Origin: Chrysochromulina tobinii
Lineage: Eukaryota
Assembly (NCBI GenBank): GCA_001275005.1
Contig: JWZX01003127.1
Span: forward strand, 1-34,878
Direction of reading: 5' to 3'
DNA: 34,878 nt
Shown here: positions 19,519 to 27,928 of the stretch, piece after piece
Layout of the letters: each line of letters starts with the position of its first letter
How positions within the stretch are numbered: the stretch's first letter is position 1
The notes under the pieces: model-generated
The model's database searches: none
Told to the model about the DNA's origin: nothing
The model's input: only the letters and a program-made list of their open reading frames with translations
Program-made: the position numbers and the translations under genes

Positions 19519-20232
19519 CAGGCGGTCCTCGGCCCGGCGCGCGGGCGCCCGGACGTCCCCGCGCGTTTCGTTTATCTAACCGGCCGGGCCGCGCGGCGCG
19601 CGTTTTGGTACGCTTTCCGTATTCCGAATCGTTCGAACTTCGCGCCAAATCGCGGTCTTGAACCATGAGCGTGCTTTTAATTCGAATAGACGAATCAATT
19701 TCTTGAATGCGGCCCTCCCCAATGGAATGCCCCCGGGCTTTAGGCCAACTCAGCTGACAGCTCTACACATTTATTGACGAGTTGGCGTCACGCGCACATT
19801 TGCCGCGCGATTTCGAAACTCAATTTTCATGCGAGGGCCGTGCGACCACGTCCGCACCGCGAGTCGTCACCGAAGTCACACGGTCGCTGATAACGGGCCG
19901 CCGCGTCACCGACGGCCGATCGTGCCCGGGCGGCGCGCGCAATATCGGCCCCAGACCGCAGCTCGCAGGCCATTACACGCACACATATGCGCGCCACGTT
20001 GGTGCACATGATCATGTCGGCCAATGCATGCCCCAGCCGTGTGACCCACGACCACAAGTATAAGGCCAGAGGCCTGGCCTGTGCACGTGGCGCAACATGA
20101 TGATAGAGATGCAGACCCCTCCATGCCCATGCATGTGGCATGCCAATCACACATTCTTGCATGGCACAGTTGTAGTTCCAAGGTAGAGCTCCACAGCTCC
20201 ACAGCTCCACCTCTAGCTCGTCGCCCTCGCCC

Positions 20233-21627
20233 CTATTCGACAGCACTGGCGGCATCGGCGGCCTCGTGCTTACTCGCCTCGTTGCTGACGAGCTTATCGA
20301 GGTGTTGCAGCATCTCCTGTTGCAACGCACGCTCACGCATCCCACATGAGTGTCGGCTGCTACTGTGGCAAGCAGGGGGGCACGAGGCATCTGTCAGGGC
20401 GACACGGACCTGCTGCACCATGACGTGCTTCGTCAGTCGTTCGCGCAGAGAATTCTTCAGGCTCACGGTCGCCTGATAGCGCTGGCGGTCCTGGCAGGCC
20501 ATGTCGCCGGTCGAGGGGAAGCAGTGTTCGAGTTGATGCTGTAGCTGGCGCTGCACGAGCAGCTGCCGATGCAGCTTCGTCTGCAGTTCCATCTGCATCC
20601 TCAGATTCATCTCCTGCTTCTCAAGATGCTGCTCCAGCTCCTTGTGTACATCCGCGTCTACGGCAGGCACGGAGCCCGCGCTCCCCGTTGCGCCCTCGCT
20701 CGCTCCGCTCGAGCCGCCCGCGACATCCGCAGGGTCGTGGCCCGTCGAACGCTTCTGCATGAGCAGCCGGTACTTTTGAAGGTGCGACTTAATGTTCTGT
20801 CGCGTCGGTGCGCCCTCGCCTTCGCATTTCATCAGCTGCGAGATGGTCTGCGGCTTGGCCTGGTCAATACCCAGCGTGTTCACAGCGGCCTCGAACCGAC
20901 GGTGAAGCTCTCCAGTCCACACGAAGCGCGCCTTATGCCCTCCGCCCTTACCAGTGGAGCTTTCCTCAGCCATGCCGTCCATTCCGCCGCCCCCGGCTCC
21001 ATCAAGCATCGATGGGTCCATGAGGCCGTCACCATCGTCCATCACGAAGGGCAGCAGCTCGCCTCCCCATGACACGCCCCTCTCCATGGGAAGCGCCTGA
21101 AGCTTTGGCATCTGAGCCAAGCTGGGGCCGGCTGCATGCGCGGCAGCCGCGTGTTGTTGCAGGCGCTGCTGGTGGTGGTGCTGGAGCTGCTGGTGCTGAT
21201 GTTGCTGTTGGTGCGGCTGCCGCCAACTGGCACTCAGCGACTGCGCTAGCGCTGCAGCATTATCGCACGCACTGGCGAGCGCCGGCGCGCTCGCTCCTGT
21301 GCTAGAGGATGTGGAGGCGAAGTTGGCAAACAGAGGGACGGTGTTGCTGCCAGCTGCTGCATACCTTCCCTGCGCTGCGCTCAGGGCAGCAGCTGCGGCC
21401 TGGGCCGCATGAGTCGAGCGCCCAGCCGCTGGGTGCGATACCCCCGGCCCCGCATCACACTGAGTTGCACCGCTGCAGCTTCCGCGCGCAGCTGCGACCA
21501 GCGACTCGGCGCTGCCCCCGTCCCCAAGCTGGGGCATGAACAGGTCGAGCGCCTCCCACTCTGCTAGCTCGTCGAGCGAGACATCCACCTCCCATGAACG
21601 GCTGCGCTTGGAGGAAGCTCGCGACAT
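20233..21627 (-). CDS. GARP/G2-like MYB-CC transcription factor, PHR1/PSR1-like; probably contains one 93-nt intron (20317-20409)
   Basis: KARFVWTGELHRRFEAAVNTLG...AKPQTI...TRQNIKSHLQKYRL is a SHAQKY-class MYB domain. It is followed by the coiled coil LRMQMELQTKLHRQLLVQRQLQ, a variant of the LHEQLE motif. Confidence 0.88.
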   Translation of the reverse strand: MSRASSKRSRSWEVDVSLDELAEWEALDLFMPQLGDGGSAESLVAAARGSCSGATQCDAGPGVSHPAAGRSTHAAQAAAAALSAAQGRYAAAGSNTVPLFANFASTSSSTGASAPALASACDNAAALAQSLSASWRQPHQQQHQHQQLQHHHQQRLQQHAAAAHAAGPSLAQMPKLQALPMERGVSWGGELLPFVMDDGDGLMDPSMLDGAGGGGMDGMAEESSTGKGGGHKARFVWTGELHRRFEAAVNTLGIDQAKPQTISQLMKCEGEGAPTRQNIKSHLQKYRLLMQKRSTGHDPADVAGGSSGASEGATGSAGSVPAVDADVHKELEQHLEKQEMNLRMQMELQTKLHRQLLVQRQLQHQLEHCFPSTGDMACQDRQRYQATVSLKNSLRERLTKHVMVQQVRVALTDASCPPACHSSSRHSCGMRERALQQEMLQHLDKLVSNEASKHEAADAASAVE

Positions 21628-21826
21628 CCAACAGTGTCGCGCAAGACCTGTCAGGCCGCGCGCCGCCGCAGAGCCCCGACAGAGGCGAGCCTCCGAGGAG
21701 AGCCTTAGTGTGAAGAAGTGTATTCATACCCTGCGAGGGTCGAGTCGTGGGACCCCGCTTCGATTTCGCTGACATTTTCACGGTCTTTTCGCGCTTCTCT
21801 CGCCATTCCTCATCCACGCTCCCAAG

Positions 21827-22555
21827 ATGGACCTCATGGTCCTGCGCCGACGGCAAAGCACAATGCTGTGCGGTCTGCTCGCATTGTGCGTGCGTGAAGT
21901 GACTGCCTTGCGGGTACCGGCCGCCTCCTCCACTTCGCGGTCGGTGGTCTCAATCACCTCCGCACTCACTGCCGACTTGTCGCTCGAGTTGCTCGAGTCG
22001 CTTGAGAGCGCCGGAGAGCGAGTCGTACGGCTCGGCGCCCCGCTCTGCGTCGATGATGCGGGTGTCGTCGTGGGCGAAGCGACGTGCAGCTTGCAGGGAA
22101 TCGTGGGTTGTGTGCACGTCGCTTCGGAGTTCAAAGAGCTTGTGGCGGCACGACGGGCGGGCGCCACGACCATTTGGCTGAATGAGGCAGCCGCAGCAAC
22201 CTCAGGCGATCTGAATACACAGGGGTATTTTGGGACCGCGATCATTGATGACTTTGCCGATGCCATATGTGCCGACGCCTCGGAGCTCGTCGATGCAGCC
22301 ACCGCGGCACGTCGCGCACGCAGCATGCGGAAGGCGAGCGCAGTGGACACTGACGACAACCGGAATAGCCGCGAGACAGATCGGGCACGCACGCCGCCGG
22401 CGGCTGCCGTGCCAGGTGGAGGCGTTGCGGCTAGCTCTGTTGCCGCAGAGGCGTCAAGCAACGATGTGCGGGCGACGACGAAGTTTTGCATCGAGTGCGG
22501 CGCGCAGCTACCTTCACGGGCGAAGTTTTGTTCGGCATGCGGTGCGACGCAGTAG
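21827..22555 (+). CDS. Signal-peptide protein with degenerate HAD-hydrolase-like segment and C-terminal zinc ribbon
   Basis: Hydrophobic leader MLCGLLALCVREVTA (alternative start 21863). CVHVASEFKELVAARRAGATTIWLN...ADAICADASEL resembles the HAD C-terminus. The C-terminal KFCIECGAQLPSRAKFCSACG is a CxxC-x10-CxxC zinc ribbon. Confidence 0.65.
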   Translation: MDLMVLRRRQSTMLCGLLALCVREVTALRVPAASSTSRSVVSITSALTADLSLELLESLESAGERVVRLGAPLCVDDAGVVVGEATCSLQGIVGCVHVASEFKELVAARRAGATTIWLNEAAAATSGDLNTQGYFGTAIIDDFADAICADASELVDAATAARRARSMRKASAVDTDDNRNSRETDRARTPPAAAVPGGGVAASSVAAEASSNDVRATTKFCIECGAQLPSRAKFCSACGATQ

Positions 22556-23246
22556 TCCTCTAGTCCAGTGGATCGTGGGTGTGTCGACGTGCCGGCGCGC
22601 GGCGTGGGCCGGGTAAGCGCTTTCCCGCCAAAAGTGGGAGCGGGGTGGGGGTCGCTTGTACCGCTGAGTTCAGTTCATCGTATACGGCGCGGCCCCACGC
22701 AGCCTCGCGACACGCGACGGCCACCGAGGCCGGCGCCGGGGCCGCGACGGCGCGGCACGCCCGCCCCGTGGTCGCGTGGTCGTGGACACGCGCGCGAGGC
22801 AGCCGCGACGGAGGCCACAGGTGGCGGCGCGGAAATCGAACGCGATCGGGGACGTAGCCGCGCTAGCGCGACAAGACTCGAGAGCCGAGAGCCGAGAGGA
22901 CGGGACACGTCACCACGCTCCCCGCGCGGGCCCGCGGCCGCGGCGTCGAATAATAAATTAAATATCGCAAACTCATACGATAATACCGCAACCAACGGGT
23001 CGGGTTACGTGCCAATAGCCCAAAGCCAAACTAGATATTGTTTCGCTGCGGCACGATTTTGCATCACGGAGGCGGAGCCTGCATTGTTTCGATTCGAATC
23101 GGCGGCAGGCACTGCAACACCGGGCGCCCCACGCGAACAAAAGCGAACCCCTCTTCCGTTCAGCGAGCGCCGTGGCGCGCACAGAAACTATAAGCAACGC
23201 AAACCCGTGATGTAGCGTTCGCACACCCGATTATTGTGCTTTGTGG

Positions 23247-24380
23247 TTATTTAAGCGCGAGGGCCATTTGGTGGTAGTGTCCCAACTTGACGCCAATTTT
23301 CATCATGATATTCTCGAGGCTGCCATTCTTCTCAAGCTTCTTCAGGAAGTCCAGGCTGTCGAAACCATTGGCATCCAACTTTTGCGACACGTCCTCAAGC
23401 GCAGCATGCGTCAAGCCGGCAGCATTCAGCATCGCCCTCACCGACTGCAGCCCACCGTCCGAGGGTGTGGCGGTTGAGGATCCAGCTGAGTGCCCCGCGG
23501 CTGACGAGCGAACGAACGTGCCCTTTGACTTAGAAGGGCCAGTGGCTGGCCGAGGTACTTCGGCATGTGCGCGCGCTGCGTGCGGGCTGTCCACCTTGGC
23601 CTTGCGCTGCCGCTTGGGCAAGGGTGTTTCTTTTTCGACGTGCTTACCAGTGAGTACCGGTAGCGACTTGGCAGTCTCCGTCCACAGCGACTTGGCAGTC
23701 TCCGTGCACGCACGCACACGGAAGCGGTAGCGCGTCTCGGGTTCCAGACCGGCGACTGTCAGCCTCGTTGGCGCATCGACCCCGATTTCCGGCGGTTGGA
23801 GATGCGCTGGCGTCCACTGCTTGACGCCCAGGCCTTCGATATACATCTCCACCTCGAACAAGTGCACTGACTTCTCATGGTAAAATCCGAGCGTCACATC
23901 TGTGCCCTTCACCTTCACGGTTTCCTGTCCGGCCTTGAGCGGGGGGACGAACCTTTGACTGATTGGGCTGAAAATCTTGACGCTCCGTTCTTCACCGTCC
24001 CAATGCGGCGCCGCCACGAGCGCCCCCTTCGCCCTCGAGCGTGTGGAGTCGGGAGGCAGCAAATCGGCCGGCCACCCCACACGTCGGCGAATACGGTCAA
24101 TCAAACGCGACTCGAAGGCTGTTTTTGCGGTGATGAGCTCTTTGTCTCCATTCAGGAGGATGCTGCAATCTTCTGCCCGCTCCGGATCTGTGACGGCTTG
24201 GCCTTCTTTTGCGGCGAGCTCCAGAATGGTGGTCAAGAGCGCTCCGACGTTGGCGTATTCGATGAGCTCGCTCACAGGAACTGTGAAGAAACATCCATCG
24301 CGCACCTTTATGGTGAGATCCTTGTTCTTATCGGAGCTGACAGGCGCCTGTGCCGAGTATGACAGACTTAGACTCAACAT
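23247..24380 (-). CDS. Protein with fibronectin type III domain and C-terminal SAM-like domain
   Basis: FN3 signature LTVAGLEPETRYRFRVRA. The C-terminal VRAMLNAAGL...KLDANGFDSLDFLKKL...MKIGVKLGHYHQMALAL fits a SAM pattern. The start is uncertain (ATG at 24380). Confidence 0.7.
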   Translation of the reverse strand: MLSLSLSYSAQAPVSSDKNKDLTIKVRDGCFFTVPVSELIEYANVGALLTTILELAAKEGQAVTDPERAEDCSILLNGDKELITAKTAFESRLIDRIRRRVGWPADLLPPDSTRSRAKGALVAAPHWDGEERSVKIFSPISQRFVPPLKAGQETVKVKGTDVTLGFYHEKSVHLFEVEMYIEGLGVKQWTPAHLQPPEIGVDAPTRLTVAGLEPETRYRFRVRACTETAKSLWTETAKSLPVLTGKHVEKETPLPKRQRKAKVDSPHAARAHAEVPRPATGPSKSKGTFVRSSAAGHSAGSSTATPSDGGLQSVRAMLNAAGLTHAALEDVSQKLDANGFDSLDFLKKLEKNGSLENIMMKIGVKLGHYHQMALALK

Positions 24381-24622
24381 CCGAGCACGACAAACGAGCG
24401 CGTCGACACGCACCCCAGGGCCGCGAGCGCCGCGAAGGTTATCGATGAGGATTGATCGAAGGTTCGCAGTGAATCATAGCCAATGTTTATAATTCGACAC
24501 CCAAGACACCGGACCGGCGTACATACGGATGCGGTTACCATTAGACCATACGGGAAGGGGGCCACACCAGAGGAGCCGGGACATAGGTGATTTCAGTTCA
24601 GTTCAGTTCACACAGGTAAGGG

Positions 24623-24855
24623 TCTGCTGTCAGTTTTGTGCATCGTCGATGACGGTGTGTGAAGAACACCGTCACCAGGGACCGTCACATCGACAAGATT
24701 TCTCGATGTCAGTCTTCACTGTACACTGAAAAGACCGCGTCTTCGACTTAAAATGCTCGAAGACATGTGTGGCTCAAATATCGTCAACGACGATTGTCGA
24801 TGACGAGAAGACCGACATGTTCGACTTTTTCGTCGATGCGAGGAGACAGGCCAGA
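24623..24855. mobile_element. Putative non-autonomous MITE/introner-like element with five internal hairpins
   Basis: Flanked by TAAGGG direct repeats (24617-24622 and 24856-24861). Imperfect TIRs: TCTG--CTGTC...GCATCGTCGA versus the reverse complement TCTGGCCTGTC...GCATCGACGA. Stems at 24650-24674, 24687-24709, 24712-24735, 24739-24764 and 24781-24806. Confidence 0.55.
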
Positions 24856-24967
24856 TAAGGGTTACAAGCAGTTCACATCCGTAGCCTCGCCTCGATCTCT
24901 AAATCCATACTGAGAGCACTACTAAGTTTCGCGAGTTACAACAAGAGAAGTGTCATACATTCTACAG

Positions 24968-24999
24968 ATAGAAGGCATGATAGAAGGCTTATAGAAGGC
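24968..24999. repeat. Short tandem repeat, ATAGAAGGC x3
   Basis: Copies at 24968-24976, 24980-24988 and 24991-24999. Confidence 0.8.
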
Positions 25000-25406
25000 A
25001 ACTTTCTGTTTCACTCCTCCGGAAGAAGCACATGCACCTCCTTCAGGGCCTCCTTGTGGGCGCGCCGCCCCGGTACGGTAAACGCGTGATCAACACAGAG
25101 TGATCCGCCGGCGCCGCCGTGCGCCGACACATGCGCCGACATCCGTATCAACCGCGCGCCCACAAGTCCAAGAAGACCAAGTGGGCAGCACATGCGACAT
25201 GGAGTAAGAACCCTTGATAGGAAGACTTCCTACCCTTAACGATCTGAAAAAGTCACGGAACCTCCGGGAAAGAGCTACCCCCACCCTATGCTCCAGAGGC
25301 CTAGCAAGCCCGAACGCGTCGCTTTGCAGTGTATCATGGCAGAGCCCATGAAAGGCCAATCAGACCCGCACGCCCGAACACGGCACATGTGCGCCATCCT
25401 CACGAG

Positions 25407-25889
25407 TTATGAGTCGAAGTTGATGCCACTGTGACGAATGCGACGCTTCTCCTCTTCCACGAAGCTGCCCTCACGACTCTGCTGGCCAGCTGCACGCTTT
25501 CGCTTCTCCCGATCTCGAAAATCTTCTTTTGTCTCCGCGTATCGCTTCTTATGACCCACTCGCTCATCGATTTTCTTCACATCGAGCAGCTCGCGTTGCG
25601 CAAGTTCACACGCTTCCTTGCGCGTGCGCTCTGCTTCGGCCTCGGCGGCCTCGGCGGCAGTTTCAGCCTCCTTGGTTTCCTTCGCTTCCTTATCGAGGCG
25701 CTTGTATGTTTCGGTATCGGTAAGATTCGTTGCGCTCTTGTAGCCAGCACGAGAAAGAGAGGCAAAATCAATCTGTGAAGGACCGGCCGTCGAGGCTGAT
25801 GGTGGGTGATCTCCATTCACTTCATCGCTGTCGTCGTCCTCGCTCTCGCCCTCGTCGCACCCACCTTCAATGTAGAGGAGACTATCCAT
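25407..25889 (-). CDS. Conserved uncharacterised charged protein (C-terminus recalls UPF0690/C1orf52-like proteins)
   Basis: Likely start MDSLLYIEGG at 25889, then an acidic tract, IDFASLSRAGY and a coiled coil. The C-terminal EKRKRAAGQQSREGSFVEEEKRRIR...FDS resembles, from memory, a motif in small uncharacterised plant and other eukaryote proteins. Confidence 0.7.
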   Translation of the reverse strand: MDSLLYIEGGCDEGESEDDDSDEVNGDHPPSASTAGPSQIDFASLSRAGYKSATNLTDTETYKRLDKEAKETKEAETAAEAAEAEAERTRKEACELAQRELLDVKKIDERVGHKKRYAETKEDFRDREKRKRAAGQQSREGSFVEEEKRRIRHSGINFDS

Positions 25890-26241
25890 TGTCGAGTGTG
25901 AAGAATTATGAACATTGGCTGTGAAGAGGTGTGGTTGTGTTCTCTCCATTTTCATTATGAATACACACAAAAAGGTACCAGAACACAGGACTCGAAATGA
26001 ATGCACATGTACATGATTTGTTCATAATCGTTTCGGTAAACAACACCACAAAATATCTAGAAAGGACGCCGGCTGATCGAGGTTTGGTTGGAGAGTGAGG
26101 CTGAGGGCCATGGGGCCATGGGCGATCTGGCAGTCCTCTCGAGCTCGACGCTCGAGAGTAAAAACTGGTGTGCGAATGTGTACGCTTGTCCGGCCATCGT
26201 CGTATGGCTGTGCATTTCCAGTGCAGCTACAGATGTTGCAT

Positions 26242-27756
26242 TCAGATGGGTTCATAGCCAAACGTATTCGTGTCGATGCGCCGTTCATGAGGCAGCAGGT
26301 CGGGGTGCCAAAAGTTGATGAGAAGGACCACGCGGTCGCGGTCGCCCAGATGGCGCACCTCGTGCTCCCACGAGTCGTCAAAGACGAGGCACTCGCCCTC
26401 GCGCCACTCGCGCCACTCATTGCCGGCGCGAATCGAGCAGCCCGACGGCACGAGGATGCCCAGGTGCGCGGTGAGGCGTGTATTCGACGAGCCGCAGTGC
26501 GGCCGCAGGTGCGTCCCAGGATTGAGCGTCGAGAAGAGGGTCTCGCCGCCACCAGCAAAGGCGAGCTCCATCGCCGGGGCGATGCGCTCCATGATGGCAG
26601 CGGTCACCGGGCAGCGCGCGCAATTCTCCGTGTACTTGGTGCCGTTGCCAAAGAGCGGGAACTCGGTCCACTTGCCAGCGGCGACGAGCGTGTGGTCATG
26701 CGCGGCCCGCCCTCCCACGCTCATGAAGAGCTGCTGCTGGGAGGAGCGCAGCGCCTCGACCTCGGCGCGGATCGCCGCAAATTGGCTCTCGAGCAGTGAG
26801 CACCAGGGAAAGTCGGCGCGGTCGTGCCAGGGCTTAGAGGCGAGCTGGGGCACGAGGTGCGGCGGCCGCTGCATCGGGTGTCTCCACAACCCAGCAGCGA
26901 CGCCCAGGTGCGCCATCTTCTCGAGCCGCTCTCGCCCCTTGCGGTCGGCCGGAGGCAGCAGCTGCAGGCAGTGGATCCCGTTGATGAGCGCCCCGCGATG
27001 CGTGGCTTCGAGGCGCAGCGCGGCCTCAAACGCCGCCGCCGCCTCGCTATAGACGGCTTGCTGCATCTGCACCACTCCCAGCTGGTACTGCATCTCCGCG
27101 AGGTCGGGCTGCAGCCCGGCCGCAAGCTTTGCATGCTCGAGCGCCTGCTTGAGATCCGCCGGTTTGCCACGCCTCATGAGCCCGCGGATGAGGTTGTTGC
27201 GCGCCGCGTGCAGCAGCGGCAGCTGCTTGAGCGCGCGCTCGTAGTGGCCACACGCGGCTGCCTCACCTTCGAGCTGGCCCGTGGCGACGCCCAGATAAAA
27301 GAGGGTGATAGGCGCGTCCTCTTCCGCGAGCTCCTGGAGCAGCGCGCGTGCCTCTGCCGCCGCTCCCGACTGCAGCAGCCTTGGGATCTTGGCCTCAAGC
27401 TCTGCTGAGTTGCCCCACCATGATTTGGGTGGGTGGCTCAGCATCGGAGGGCTCGGCGGGCTCGCAGCCTTGGGCCTGGGCTTATCAGCATCAAACCTGC
27501 CGCAGTTTTGTGCAGCGGTCACATGCACGATGGCTGCTGCCGCCGCCTCCGCGGCCGAGCATGCAGGTGCAGTCCGCGCAGCCACCTCAGGAGCTGCACC
27601 CCACGGACCCTTCTGGATCCTGTGAGCGCGAGTGCGGCCGTGAGACGACGGCGGCGGCGGCTGCACGAGCCGAGAGGGAGGCGAGGCCAGTTGTCCGCCA
27701 GGCCGATATCGCCATGACGCACTCGCGCGAATCGAGCTCGTCTGCATAACTAACAC
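26242..27756 (-). CDS. TPR-containing aspartyl/asparaginyl beta-hydroxylase family 2OG/Fe(II) dioxygenase
   Basis: TPR helices followed by FSTLNPGTHLRPHCGSSNTRLTAHLGI, WREGECLVFDDSWEHEV and RVVLLINFWHPDL. The true start may be the ATG at 27444 (MLSHPP) or 27747. Confidence 0.88.
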   Translation of the reverse strand: MLVMQTSSIRASASWRYRPGGQLASPPSRLVQPPPPSSHGRTRAHRIQKGPWGAAPEVAARTAPACSAAEAAAAAIVHVTAAQNCGRFDADKPRPKAASPPSPPMLSHPPKSWWGNSAELEAKIPRLLQSGAAAEARALLQELAEEDAPITLFYLGVATGQLEGEAAACGHYERALKQLPLLHAARNNLIRGLMRRGKPADLKQALEHAKLAAGLQPDLAEMQYQLGVVQMQQAVYSEAAAAFEAALRLEATHRGALINGIHCLQLLPPADRKGRERLEKMAHLGVAAGLWRHPMQRPPHLVPQLASKPWHDRADFPWCSLLESQFAAIRAEVEALRSSQQQLFMSVGGRAAHDHTLVAAGKWTEFPLFGNGTKYTENCARCPVTAAIMERIAPAMELAFAGGGETLFSTLNPGTHLRPHCGSSNTRLTAHLGILVPSGCSIRAGNEWREWREGECLVFDDSWEHEVRHLGDRDRVVLLINFWHPDLLPHERRIDTNTFGYEPI

Positions 27757-27928
27757 TCACGGCCGTTGGCCATTGAATTCAGACATGAACGCCAAGCCAC
27801 CGCAGCACAAGTTCGGCCGTGCCAAATTAGGCAGTTCCAACGAGTTGCTCATCGCTTCTTGTGTCGAGGGCTCCGCGTCGATTGAGTCTCCCATTTGAAT
27901 GCCGTGAAAAGCCCCGATCCAAGACAAC

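Noticed and set aside
20097..20200. ATGATGA C-box-like motif
   Set aside because: No D box or terminal stem, and it lies antisense in the probable 3' UTR of the MYB-CC gene.
24348..24413. Possible 66-nt intron (GTGCGT...GCACAG, minus strand) at the start of the FN3+SAM gene
   Set aside because: The upstream in-frame sequence reaches a TGA with no ATG or acceptor, so no coherent upstream exon could be built. Left unresolved.
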